A stretch of DNA of 64,000 nucleotides, taken from positions 154,617 through 218,616 of the forward strand of contig JAHLWR010000004.1 of NCBI GenBank assembly GCA_019057815.1. The letters run 5' to 3'. The stretch comes from Candidatus Heimdallarchaeota archaeon (lineage in GTDB: Archaea > Asgardarchaeota > Heimdallarchaeia > Heimdallarchaeales > Heimdallarchaeaceae). Numbering within the stretch: position 1 is the first letter of the stretch; each line of letters opens with the position of its first letter. Shown here piece by piece: positions 47,783 to 57,537 of the stretch. The position numbers and the translations under genes are program-made. Below the pieces are notes generated by a model that worked only from the letters and a program-made list of their open reading frames with translations, did not search any database and was not told the DNA's origin.

Positions 47783-49828
47783 TTAACCAAACCAATTCAA
47801 TGACAATTTATGTCGGATAAATTGAAGAGTTTTGTCTGAGAGTTTGAGTGTCCTGAATATGATTTTGTCGACCCTTTCTCTCAAACATTCCGTTTTTTCT
47901 AGTGTTTTCTCTGATTTAGACCATTCGTCTATTAAACTATCTAGACATTCAGAATCACTTCTATCTAGTTCAGGAACAGGAAGTAACCGAACAAAATTAG
48001 AAGTAATATCTCTCTGAAGAATGTTTTCTAAAAAGAACTGTGCAAAAGATGACAATAAGTAAGCAAAAAGTGTGTTCAAGGAAATCTCGTTATAGTTGGG
48101 GACAATAATATCAAAAATGTCATTTACATAGAACTTGCCATTTCTATCCAAGGCTAAGATCCACTTTCTTCCCCTGTTTCTTCTGATTATTTTTGGTTGC
48201 TCAAAGAGTGAAGAAGTCCCAGGTGCTCCAAGTAATTGTTTATCATATACAAAAGTTTGGCTAGAATGGAATATTTGATAATTAACAATACCTTGTTTGG
48301 ATGAAGGGTCAGATTTATTGTGTTGAATTATAGGTTTGATTAAATCAGCTCTTTGAATATAGCTCCTACTCTCTTCGTAAGTATTTTGGTAGTTTTTTGT
48401 TAGTGTTAATCCTCTTCTTATAAAACAAAGATCCTCAAGTTTTCTACATCTCAGAAAAAGTTGTAGGATATCGAAGAGTATATTTTTAGGGATTAAAGGG
48501 AACCTGTAATCATACTTCTGTATGCTTTTTATAGGGATTTCATACTTTTCTAGACCTTCTTCTTGTTCTATTAGCAAGGTTTTGTGCATATTCCTATCCC
48601 AGAACACTAAACAGAACTCGTTTGTAACATTCTTAAACCATGATTTTTGCAACAAAATTATACGGAATAGGTTTCCATTATCAATAACCTTTTTTCTCCA
48701 TTTCTTAGCATAACTTTCTGTCATAACGCCTAAAGGTGCAACTAAGCAACCTTTGTGCTTTGAAAGCTTAAGACTTAATATCAAGAAAAGTAAAGCTAAG
48801 TTAAATTTACCGTAGACTTGTTCAGTAAATATTTTGTTTGAAACAGCTTCTTTATATTTGTCTTTGTCGAAGTTTTTACTCTGAATCCAGGGAGGATTAC
48901 CAATAACTATATCGAATCCTCCTTTTTTTAATCTGTTAAGTTCAACATCAAGAAATCTTTCAGGAAAATCTATGAACCAATTAAATTGCTTAAAGTCTGA
49001 AGAAAGCTGTGAAATTTGTTTTCTTATCTTGAAACACTCGATTACAGTTTCAAGCCTGATATCATGAGTATTTTCAACAATCGTTTTTCTGTGTTGTAAA
49101 TATTTTTTTAATAATTTTGAACCAGTTTCCTTGCTTGTAAGTTCATCTAGTAACTTGTCATCATATCCTAATATAGCATCTCCGTGTTTTATGTTGAGTA
49201 AGTTTAGAAGTTTCAAATTGATTGGAAAAGAATCATCAAACAGAATCTGGAAAATTTGAAACTCTACATAAATTGGATCTAATTCTACAGAATAAATGAT
49301 TAAATTAGCTTTTCCAACCAAGGGAATTAGAAAATCTCCTTTTCCAGCTGATGCATCAATAACAGTTCTAGTTGTCGTAGTAGTGTCATTTAAATCGAAA
49401 ATATTTTCTGAAACTAAAGAAACAATTTTCTTTGCAGTAAAAAATTGACCTTTTGCTTTGACGTTGTTAGCATGATTTATCAAATTAACAAATTGCTCAA
49501 AAGAAAGTTGAACTAACAAATCGATTAAAGATGACCATACATGTCTTTCTAGTCTCAAATTAAAGCAACTGAATTTTTCAAGGTTTTCTACAAGGGAGAT
49601 CAATTCGAATTCAGCTGATTCTAGAAAGTTATTCAAACTAAAGATTTTATTTGAAATTTTATCTAATGAAAAATTCAACTTGTTAATCATCAGAAAAAGC
49701 TTAACTAGCATAGAAGTGAATTCTTGATTTGTTAAGTCAACAGAATTATGAATCTTTACAAGTGAAAGCCACATCTGTTCTAACTGGTCATTAGTCATTG
49801 AAATCTTCCTTTGTTTTAATGCAGACAT
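47783..49828 (-). CDS. Orphan N6-adenine DNA methyltransferase (Eco57I/TaqI-like, with TRD)
   Basis: GQFFT, IDASAGKGDF, IKHGDAI, FNWFIDFPE, GGFDIVIGNPPW, FEQPKII. Confidence 0.9.
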   Translation of the reverse strand: MSALKQRKISMTNDQLEQMWLSLVKIHNSVDLTNQEFTSMLVKLFLMINKLNFSLDKISNKIFSLNNFLESAEFELISLVENLEKFSCFNLRLERHVWSSLIDLLVQLSFEQFVNLINHANNVKAKGQFFTAKKIVSLVSENIFDLNDTTTTTRTVIDASAGKGDFLIPLVGKANLIIYSVELDPIYVEFQIFQILFDDSFPINLKLLNLLNIKHGDAILGYDDKLLDELTSKETGSKLLKKYLQHRKTIVENTHDIRLETVIECFKIRKQISQLSSDFKQFNWFIDFPERFLDVELNRLKKGGFDIVIGNPPWIQSKNFDKDKYKEAVSNKIFTEQVYGKFNLALLFLILSLKLSKHKGCLVAPLGVMTESYAKKWRKKVIDNGNLFRIILLQKSWFKNVTNEFCLVFWDRNMHKTLLIEQEEGLEKYEIPIKSIQKYDYRFPLIPKNILFDILQLFLRCRKLEDLCFIRRGLTLTKNYQNTYEESRSYIQRADLIKPIIQHNKSDPSSKQGIVNYQIFHSSQTFVYDKQLLGAPGTSSLFEQPKIIRRNRGRKWILALDRNGKFYVNDIFDIIVPNYNEISLNTLFAYLLSSFAQFFLENILQRDITSNFVRLLPVPELDRSDSECLDSLIDEWSKSEKTLEKTECLRERVDKIIFRTLKLSDKTLQFIRHKLSLNWFG

Positions 49829-49899
49829 TTCATATGATTACTTGATGTTAACAAGATACTCCGTCAACCTTTTTAATATAACATCATATATAAGAATTA

Positions 49900-51945
49900 A
49901 TGAAATTTGATTTACTCCCTCCTTTTAAAACAGTAATTTTCCCCCATTTAAATGAAGAAGAAAAAGAGTATATCAGATATTTAGAGTGGAATAGAAAAGT
50001 GGATAATCTAGAAGATTTAAAAGATCTACTTCTGAATGTTTTAGAAAATACTGTTGATCATTCTCAGATGCTCTTCTTCTCTCTAGGTAGGACATTATAT
50101 GATGGAGGAGAAATCAGTATTTTAAAGGATTCTTACAAAAAAAACAAATCACCTGGAATGGGGATATGGTATGGAAATTGGTTACTAAACGAAGGTGAGA
50201 TGGCGCAATTTGAAGAATTAACACGAAACCTTAAACAAGAACTCGAAAACTCTATTTTAATCCTTTTTCTTTACAATATAGAAGCAAGATATTTTCTTGT
50301 CACTCATCAACATGAAAAATTCAAGGAAAAAAGAGAAAAATGTTATAACTTTCAGCTTTATACTAAGGATAACAACTTCCTACTTACAGAGTTTTACAAA
50401 TTTGTTATAAACTACATGTTTATCTTAGATTCACATTTTTTGCGTTTTACTGAAGTTCTAGTTGTAGCTAGAGACAAAACGAAACAAGCTGTAGATATGA
50501 CACAGACAATAAAAGATCAAAGCCTTTATGCCATGTGTTATAATTCTATGGGTCAAATAGAACTTGATAGAGGAAATTTCCAGCTAGCTCATCAATTTTT
50601 ACTGAAAGCTGAAGCTATTTCTAAAAAACTTAAATATTTCAGAGTTCTCTGGATGGTTTCTTATCAAATAGGTATCGTATACTCTAATATGGGTCATTTC
50701 GAAGAAGCCATGTTCTGGTTTGATAAGAGTCAAAAGATAATGAACAGATGGCAGAATGACAATAGGGGTTTGTATATGCATCATTTCAATAGAGCTGAAG
50801 TTTTTTTCGCTAAAGAAGAAATCACCCAAGCAATTGAGGAAATTGAAATAGCAATATCTATTGCTGAATCGAAAAATTTCGTTGTACAAGAGTTATATAT
50901 GAAATACGCTGAAATTCTTCTTCATGATAATCAAACAACGAAAGCAGGTAAATTACTTGAGGAATTTGAAAACAATAAAAAAGAAACAATTACACAATCT
51001 GAAAAAGTATTGATATGGTTCCTTAAAGGTTTTTATGAGGTTAGAAAGAGCAATTATGGACATGCTCAGGAATTATTGCAGCAAGCTATGCTTTTGGCAG
51101 ATTATCTAGGAAATGAGGTATATAGCTCGAAAACTTTGGTTCTTTTATTGATAGTTTTTCTACAGAAATACAATATTACACTGAATCTTGAGGAGCTGAT
51201 AGACGCAGATAAGTGCTTAGAAGATATTATCACTTATCTTGAAGAAACAGCTAAATATGAATCAGTTTCACACATATACTTCATAAGAGCAAAAATTAAG
51301 ATGGCTTTATTAGATTTTGAAACAGCTTTGTTTTTACTTAAAAACGGTGAAGAGTATGCTCGCGTTTATACACCACAACTAGCAAAGGAATACGCTACAA
51401 AGATTCTTTATGTGAAACACGCAATAGAAAAAGAATTAGAGGATGAAGAAGAACTAGAAACTGTAGATTTCCAGGAAGATCCTAAAGTAATATTAACAAT
51501 CTTAAGAAAAGAGTCTAAAAAATTAGCAGCGCCAAGAGTGGAGAAGCCGATAGCTGTACTGATATTTCATTCAAGTGGAATTCCAATCCGAACTTATACA
51601 TCAGAAGAAGTGACTGTAAGCGATGATTTACTCTTTGGAGGATTCGTCTCTGCAATTCGTCATCTCATGGATGAACTTTTTATTGACCAAAAACATGGTG
51701 TTCTTTCGATAGATCATGGTCAATACAAGCTCTTGATAGAATTCTCTGGTAGTGATTTTTCTGTTGTTGTGATTGCTTTAAGGGATAGTTTTATGCTAAG
51801 AAGAAAGATGCATAGACTAGTTGAACATCTTGCACTGAAAGATATTTTTAGTCGGAAATACCTAGGAGGTTTGAACGAAACAATTGCTTACGAACTTGAC
51901 ACATTCATATTCAACCTTTTTAGTGTTAAAGGACACAAAACATGA
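49900..51945 (+). CDS. TPR protein with C-terminal longin/roadblock-like domain
   Basis: MalT-type TPRs (YNSMGQIEL..GNF..A, IGIVYSNMGHFEEA); C-terminal LIFHSSGIPI...LLFGGFVSAI..LMDELF. Confidence 0.85.
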   Translation: MKFDLLPPFKTVIFPHLNEEEKEYIRYLEWNRKVDNLEDLKDLLLNVLENTVDHSQMLFFSLGRTLYDGGEISILKDSYKKNKSPGMGIWYGNWLLNEGEMAQFEELTRNLKQELENSILILFLYNIEARYFLVTHQHEKFKEKREKCYNFQLYTKDNNFLLTEFYKFVINYMFILDSHFLRFTEVLVVARDKTKQAVDMTQTIKDQSLYAMCYNSMGQIELDRGNFQLAHQFLLKAEAISKKLKYFRVLWMVSYQIGIVYSNMGHFEEAMFWFDKSQKIMNRWQNDNRGLYMHHFNRAEVFFAKEEITQAIEEIEIAISIAESKNFVVQELYMKYAEILLHDNQTTKAGKLLEEFENNKKETITQSEKVLIWFLKGFYEVRKSNYGHAQELLQQAMLLADYLGNEVYSSKTLVLLLIVFLQKYNITLNLEELIDADKCLEDIITYLEETAKYESVSHIYFIRAKIKMALLDFETALFLLKNGEEYARVYTPQLAKEYATKILYVKHAIEKELEDEEELETVDFQEDPKVILTILRKESKKLAAPRVEKPIAVLIFHSSGIPIRTYTSEEVTVSDDLLFGGFVSAIRHLMDELFIDQKHGVLSIDHGQYKLLIEFSGSDFSVVVIALRDSFMLRRKMHRLVEHLALKDIFSRKYLGGLNETIAYELDTFIFNLFSVKGHKT

Positions 51946-52055
51946 ACTACACCTACTTATGAGGAAGGAACATTTGCTAGTTCAATTAAATCCTGGAATT
52001 TTAATTTTTTTAGAGATGTTAGCTAAACTTTTTATTAGATATCGGAATAAAAAGC

Positions 52056-54140
52056 ATGAAAGAGATGAAACAGAAAGACCAGAAGATGGGGTTTCCAAAG
52101 GAATTTAGTATTTACATTCCTCTATTTTCAGAGAATGAACAAGAAATTCTGAAAAATGAAACAAAAGCATTTCACACTAAAGATTCTTTAATAAAAGTAA
52201 GAGATTATTTAGTGGATTTTGTGCCAGAGCAAACTGATCCTTCTGATTTTCTACTTTTTGCTTTTGGAAAAATACTATTTTCTGTAGGAGATTTTGAAAC
52301 TTTAGAATCCCTAGCAAATCAATACGAATCAAAATCTTTTGAACTTTGGAGAGCTAGAATGTTACTCCGAAAAAGTGAAAATGAAGAAGCTTTAAGAATC
52401 GGATCTAAACATCGGGAAAACATGGAGAATCATCAAATATTCAGATTGCATGCCACAAGAACCTTAGCTGAGGGATATTTTAACTTAGGAAACTATGAGC
52501 AGAGTCAAAATCTTGTCGAACAACTCTTAGCAGAACCGATGTCATTCCCAGCTATGCCCCCAGAGGAAAAACCTGTAGTTAATGATATTCTACTAGATGG
52601 ACATAGAGATGGTATAGTATTGTCAAGATATGAAGTAGAAACAGTTAAACTTGAAAATAAAATTAATTTAGCTCTACATATGGCAAAAGAGTTAGAAGAG
52701 AGAAATCATATAGGGGTATTCTACCATTTAATGGGCTTAGTTCAGAGAGATGCTGGAAAAACAGATGAAGCAATCAATTATTCCAAAATAGCTTTAGAAA
52801 TTTTTCAAGAAACGGGGAATAAAAGGATGTATTCTATGACAAAAGGCAATTTGGGGAAACATTACATCTCTATTGGACAATTAGATGTGGCAGAATTACT
52901 TCTGAATGAAGCAATAGATGAACTACAGACACTGGAAGAAAATAGAAATATAGCTTTTTGCATACTTTTTTTGGGTGATATTAAGATTGCAAGAGGAAAG
53001 TACGATGACGCTATCTTAAATTATAAAGAAGCACTTAGGATAATTGAAAAACTTAATCTTAAAGAGTCATACCAATATTGCGTTTTAGCAGAGTTATACC
53101 TTCAAGTGAATAGAATCAACGATATGAATGTAATCATGAAATATCTAGATGAAGATGTGAGAACTAATCCATTACCTGTCATTGAAGCGTATCTAATTTT
53201 TCTTCAAGGCTTGATACATAAGAAGAATCTAAATTACGGTGAATCAGTCAAATCTCTTGAAAAGGCATTAAATCTCTCAGATAATATTGGAAGAGGAGAG
53301 TTGTCAGCTAAAATTATCATGAATTTAGCATTAGTTAATCTGAATAAATATGATGCTAATAAGGACGAAGAACAATTAACAGTAGCTCTTTCGAATTTTG
53401 ATCAAGTGATTCCATTTTTTACTGAAAATAAATTGACAAAAGAGCTAAGTGCTTTCTTGCTACTACAAGGAAAAATTTTCGCAATTTTTAAAGATTATTC
53501 ACAATCATATAACTATTTACAAGAAGCTAAGGATTTAGCTGTCGGAAAAAAGAACAAGGTAATACACAAGTTCATTGAACAGAAAATATCCCAAATTAAC
53601 TTACACATGCGAGAAGGTAAGGAGATAGAATGGATAAAGGAACCATTTAGTAAAGATATAGCAATTTTAGAAGAGATGGGATTAAAATACATATACCAAT
53701 CTCACCAAGAAGTGCCGAGTGCTCCGCTTGCATTACTCGTTCTTCACAAATCAGGAATACCTTTAAGGTCATTTATAATTAGAAAAAGAGCTGTTAGAGA
53801 TCAATTATTATTTGGTGGTTTCATTATAGCCATAAAAGACATGTTATCTGAGCTTTTCAGCGAACAGAAAAGTCATATGATGGCTATTTCATACGGAAAT
53901 TACAAAATTCTTATAGAAGCAGACCCTAATGGTGTAAGTTCTGTACTTGTAAGTATAAGGGACTCTTTTGTATTAAGAAGGAAAATTAGACAGTTAACCA
54001 TGACTCTTTCAAAAATAGAGTTTCCAAGTCAATTTGTGGGAGAGTTAGATAAAGAAGTCCAAGATAAAATTGATGAAGAAGTACAGAAATTGTTTGGTCA
54101 CTCACTAACAATCAGTGATGATCTATGTGTAGATAGTTAA
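52056..54140 (+). CDS. TPR protein with C-terminal longin/roadblock-like domain (tandem paralog)
   Basis: TPRs (NLGKHYISIGQ, LGDIKIARGKYDDA); LVLHKSGIPL...LLFGGFIIAI..MLSELF...RDSFVLRRK. Confidence 0.85.
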   Translation: MKEMKQKDQKMGFPKEFSIYIPLFSENEQEILKNETKAFHTKDSLIKVRDYLVDFVPEQTDPSDFLLFAFGKILFSVGDFETLESLANQYESKSFELWRARMLLRKSENEEALRIGSKHRENMENHQIFRLHATRTLAEGYFNLGNYEQSQNLVEQLLAEPMSFPAMPPEEKPVVNDILLDGHRDGIVLSRYEVETVKLENKINLALHMAKELEERNHIGVFYHLMGLVQRDAGKTDEAINYSKIALEIFQETGNKRMYSMTKGNLGKHYISIGQLDVAELLLNEAIDELQTLEENRNIAFCILFLGDIKIARGKYDDAILNYKEALRIIEKLNLKESYQYCVLAELYLQVNRINDMNVIMKYLDEDVRTNPLPVIEAYLIFLQGLIHKKNLNYGESVKSLEKALNLSDNIGRGELSAKIIMNLALVNLNKYDANKDEEQLTVALSNFDQVIPFFTENKLTKELSAFLLLQGKIFAIFKDYSQSYNYLQEAKDLAVGKKNKVIHKFIEQKISQINLHMREGKEIEWIKEPFSKDIAILEEMGLKYIYQSHQEVPSAPLALLVLHKSGIPLRSFIIRKRAVRDQLLFGGFIIAIKDMLSELFSEQKSHMMAISYGNYKILIEADPNGVSSVLVSIRDSFVLRRKIRQLTMTLSKIEFPSQFVGELDKEVQDKIDEEVQKLFGHSLTISDDLCVDS

Positions 54141-54283
54141 AAAGGGAAAGATCAGTTCTTCAATCTCTTTTTATTGTTTCTTTTTTCTTTCTTCCTTTAT
54201 GAGAAACAATTAGTATATCACCGCTTTCATCAAATTTTTATTCGATTATTAAGATGCTATTTTGGGGATATAGACATCAGTCA

Positions 54284-54401
54284 GGTCAGGAACATCCCTA
54301 TTACACCAACCAGTATAACTACTATTAGCATATATTGATAACGTTAATATTGAAGGGATGGTCAGGAACATCCCTATTACACCAACCAGTATAACTACTA
54401 T
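54284..54401. repeat. Perfect 42-bp direct repeat (2 copies) separated by 34 bp
   Basis: ggtcaggaacatccctattacaccaaccagtataactactat at 54284-54325 and 54360-54401. Confidence 0.95.
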
Positions 54402-54432
54402 CTACATCTACAAAGATTCGTGTAGTATAGTA

Positions 54433-54450
54433 GATTATCAGTTGATAATC
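54433..54450. promoter_or_regulatory. Perfect 8-2-8 palindrome, candidate operator
   Basis: gattatca-gt-tgataatc. Confidence 0.45.
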
Positions 54451-54508
54451 ATATTAGTGAATTGTAATCTTACTTACGATATTAGGAAATACACTCTTCA
54501 CTCTTTCT

Positions 54509-54907
54509 TCACGTTTCTAAGCTTTCTTCATGACAGTTTTTTATAGTCCAATCAATTAATGGTGTTATAACTTCAGATAGCATTTCACCTTTTTGTGATA
54601 AGTAATATTCAACCTTTGGAGGAATCTCTGCAAATACTTCTCTATTAACAATTCCTTCTTCCATTAATTCAGCTAATCTTGAAGATAATGTGGCATCACT
54701 GATTTTACCTTTTCTCCAACCACGATGAAGCTGTTCCTTCAAATTTTTGTATCTAACTCTTTTACTATCTTTTAAGATGTAAATTAATTGAATGCTCCAT
54801 TTTCTACTAATCAGATTTAAGACTCTTATAGCAGGGATAAAACAGGGAAAATGATTATTCTCTTTTTCACAGCTGTTATCCTTTCCTTTTGAAGTTCTAC
54901 TTGTCAT
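54509..54907 (-). CDS. HxlR-family winged-helix regulator
   Basis: C...LNLISRKWS..I, ISDATLSSRL.EL...GIV.R.VFAEIPPKVEYYLS..G. Confidence 0.93.
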   Translation of the reverse strand: MTSRTSKGKDNSCEKENNHFPCFIPAIRVLNLISRKWSIQLIYILKDSKRVRYKNLKEQLHRGWRKGKISDATLSSRLAELMEEGIVNREVFAEIPPKVEYYLSQKGEMLSEVITPLIDWTIKNCHEESLET

Positions 54908-55005
54908 TAATCTTCACTTTATCTTAGTAACTAAATAGAACATTAGAAAGTACTTAAATATAAATACTTTCATAATTGAAGTAATTAACTTTGAAAACTA
55001 AAGTG

Positions 55006-55161
55006 ATGACAATGAAAGATAAAAAGTTTAAAGAACATGAATGTGGGAAATTTACAGGTGGAGAAGATAAGGAAACTAAACTTAAACACCTAAAGGAATG
55101 TAAAGCGGATTTGTTGAAGAAAATTGAAGAAATAGATGCAGTAGTTAGAGAATTAGAATAA
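55006..55161 (+). CDS. 51-aa coiled-coil protein (DUF5320-like), divergent from HxlR; missed by the ORF track
   Basis: MTMKDKKFKEHECGKFTGGEDKETKLKHLKECKADLLKKIEEIDAVVRELE*; gtga-type RBS upstream. Confidence 0.7.
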   Translation: MTMKDKKFKEHECGKFTGGEDKETKLKHLKECKADLLKKIEEIDAVVRELE

Positions 55162-55261
55162 ATACTAAGTATTGGATTTAAGATAAAAAATATATAAGAA
55201 CTCTAATGTTCCAGGAATCTGCTATCATCGTTAAGAAATTGAAATACATGAAATTACTTAT

Positions 55262-55504
55262 TTGATGTTTTTTCTCTTCCTCAATTTTATAAGTATCATA
55301 GGAATTGTAATAATTGACACTACTGAAAGAATTGGGAAAGAAGCTTCTATCGTAGTTATGGTGATTTTTAGTATTTCTAGATTATCCTATCTATCGACGA
55401 CATCAGAAATTTCTGGATTTGAATTACTTATAATTATATTAGGAATGATTGGGTTCTCTATATTTACTTATTTTAGTAGAAGAAAATGGATGAAGAAGAA
55501 ATAA
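55262..55504 (+). pseudogene. Short hydrophobic ORF, probably a C-terminal anchor remnant (ISGFE-TM-RRK)
   Basis: Ends SEISGFELLIIILGMIGFSIFTYFSRRKWMKKK, resembling a sorting signal. Confidence 0.35.
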
Positions 55505-55525
55505 TTATAGAAGGAAAAAGGAAAA

Positions 55526-57487
55526 TTAATTGCTCTTTTTCCTTTTAATTGAAGGAATGATTACGATAGCAAATGTAAGCACAATAGCTATGAAACCAAG
55601 GGTAATATCGGTTGTTTCAGATACACTCGGGGTTTCTGTCTCAGTAGATGAAGTTGTGACTGTAGTCGGTATTTCTTCAGGGTTGTCAAGATAGTATCTG
55701 AAAAGTTCAGTCAATGTGGATGCTTCTACGGCAAAAGTAGTTGCATAAGCATAATTCATCATTGCATAATTACTTTCACTTAAAGTTAAAGCTTCAACAA
55801 TTGAAAGTCTCAGATCTAGCAACTCGTCCGGAGAGCCTGAAGCAACATAAATACTCACTGCTAATTCATACTCATAGAGTGTTTCAGTATAGAAATAGTT
55901 GGTGTGTGCTCTCCCTACAGCGTCTTTAAAGAAAATACTGAAACTATTTTCACCAATTGAAAAATAATTCATTACTTCTTTGATAAAGGAAGAACCCCAG
56001 CCATAATAAGAATCGTGTGGGTGAGGTAAGCCTAAACTGTGTCCTAACTCATGAATCAAAACACCAGACATTCCACGTCGAGGTTGAGAAACATCTCCAT
56101 CTTTAAATAGTGAATATTGGTCAGCTAACAAGATTTCCCAACCCATTCCTCCTAGTCCAGCGAAAGAGATACCATACCATTTGAAGTTGACTTCATCTGT
56201 AAGAAACGCATAGCATGGAAGTACAGTATCAGCTGCACTGTAATTAAAATGCATATCTAGTTGACTTGAGAGCAACGTGAAAAGACCTTCTTCAACATTG
56301 ATGTATGGGCCGTCCTGGTCGTAGTGAATATTTTCTTTGATATATAGGTCAATATTAGGATAATCAGCTAGATTGACGTATTCCACATCTATTATCCAAT
56401 CCAACCACGGGAAATCATGGTCGAGTTGGTCAAAGATTCTTTTTTCAGAGAGACACCAGTTAACATCATCGAGAGTATATCCTGCATCAGACATATTGAA
56501 AAAAACTTTTGTTTGAAGTGAATAGGATTTTCCAATAGGATCAGCTGCATAATAAGTAGCAAAAACATTTCCAAGATAACTTTGAATCCATTCTGCAAGA
56601 TAAGTAGAAAGCATGGTTTTACCGCTAGGAGTGTGAGGATCGAAGGTTTGAGTAAAATCATCCATGTCCGGATAGTAATAGTGAAGGAAATCGCCATAAT
56701 TGAAACCTTGCCATGCATTAAGGAACCAATCAAAGTACCAAGTTCTGGCAGACAAATCCAAGAAACAGAATCGGTGATCTCCTCCCCAGCCCAGAGTGGG
56801 TTTGTAGGGTATATCATTATAGCCTGAATACCAGTGAGTTATAGTGGTGTTTGAATCATAACCAATTGTATCAGCGTAGTACCAATGTTCTAGACTGTGA
56901 TTTACAGTATCAAAAATGGAGTAATTAAGAAGATAAATGGTATAACCAATATCATCTTCGTGTGCCATGAAGAAGTTAGTATATATGAAATCTTCAACAA
57001 GTTCAGCGTCGATAACCATTCCATCTCTTGGAATAAAAATATCCGAACGAACACCTGTTGCCAGATCGTTAGCGAGAATATCTAAATCTATATCATAACC
57101 AACATCTGACCCGATAGTAGCAATACTCAGAATATAATCAGCAAGAGCTTGAGTATCATCAAGAGAAGCGTAAGAAAAAATGAAATCGTAATACAAATTA
57201 ACTGTACCAATAGAAGAATATCCAGCGGAATAGGATGGATCTAACATGCTCTCTATTTCCACTTCATCAACAACATCAGCATCAAAACCGAAGAATTCGA
57301 TGTTCAAGGTATAATTATTGAAAAGTTCACTATCAAGATTATAAACATCCTTGTAGAAATCGTTATTTTCAGAAAAAATACTTTCAGTAGTGATCTCATC
57401 ATCACTATTACTGTTACTAACATTAACTTGAAAGGTAATCATAAAGAAAATTGCAAAAGTTAAACCAAAGTACTTTTTTTTATGCAT
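55526..57487 (-). CDS. Cell-surface zinc metalloprotease (metzincin-like)
   Basis: Signal peptide, HELGHSLGLPHPH, VMNY Met-turn, S/T-rich linker, TM-KRKK. Confidence 0.88.
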   Translation of the reverse strand: MHKKKYFGLTFAIFFMITFQVNVSNSNSDDEITTESIFSENNDFYKDVYNLDSELFNNYTLNIEFFGFDADVVDEVEIESMLDPSYSAGYSSIGTVNLYYDFIFSYASLDDTQALADYILSIATIGSDVGYDIDLDILANDLATGVRSDIFIPRDGMVIDAELVEDFIYTNFFMAHEDDIGYTIYLLNYSIFDTVNHSLEHWYYADTIGYDSNTTITHWYSGYNDIPYKPTLGWGGDHRFCFLDLSARTWYFDWFLNAWQGFNYGDFLHYYYPDMDDFTQTFDPHTPSGKTMLSTYLAEWIQSYLGNVFATYYAADPIGKSYSLQTKVFFNMSDAGYTLDDVNWCLSEKRIFDQLDHDFPWLDWIIDVEYVNLADYPNIDLYIKENIHYDQDGPYINVEEGLFTLLSSQLDMHFNYSAADTVLPCYAFLTDEVNFKWYGISFAGLGGMGWEILLADQYSLFKDGDVSQPRRGMSGVLIHELGHSLGLPHPHDSYYGWGSSFIKEVMNYFSIGENSFSIFFKDAVGRAHTNYFYTETLYEYELAVSIYVASGSPDELLDLRLSIVEALTLSESNYAMMNYAYATTFAVEASTLTELFRYYLDNPEEIPTTVTTSSTETETPSVSETTDITLGFIAIVLTFAIVIIPSIKRKKSN

Positions 57488-57537
57488 GTAATTGTTATTC
57501 CGTTAAACATTTTTATTAGTTTGGGAGACGCAAAAAA

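Noticed and set aside
54284-54401. Calling this a bona fide CRISPR array
   Set aside because: Only two repeats, no cas genes and no typical repeat terminus; kept as an unexplained repeat.
54358-54546. 62-aa ORF over the direct repeat
   Set aside because: No recognisable motifs, overlaps the HxlR 3' end, and the 76-bp repeat period is not a multiple of 3.
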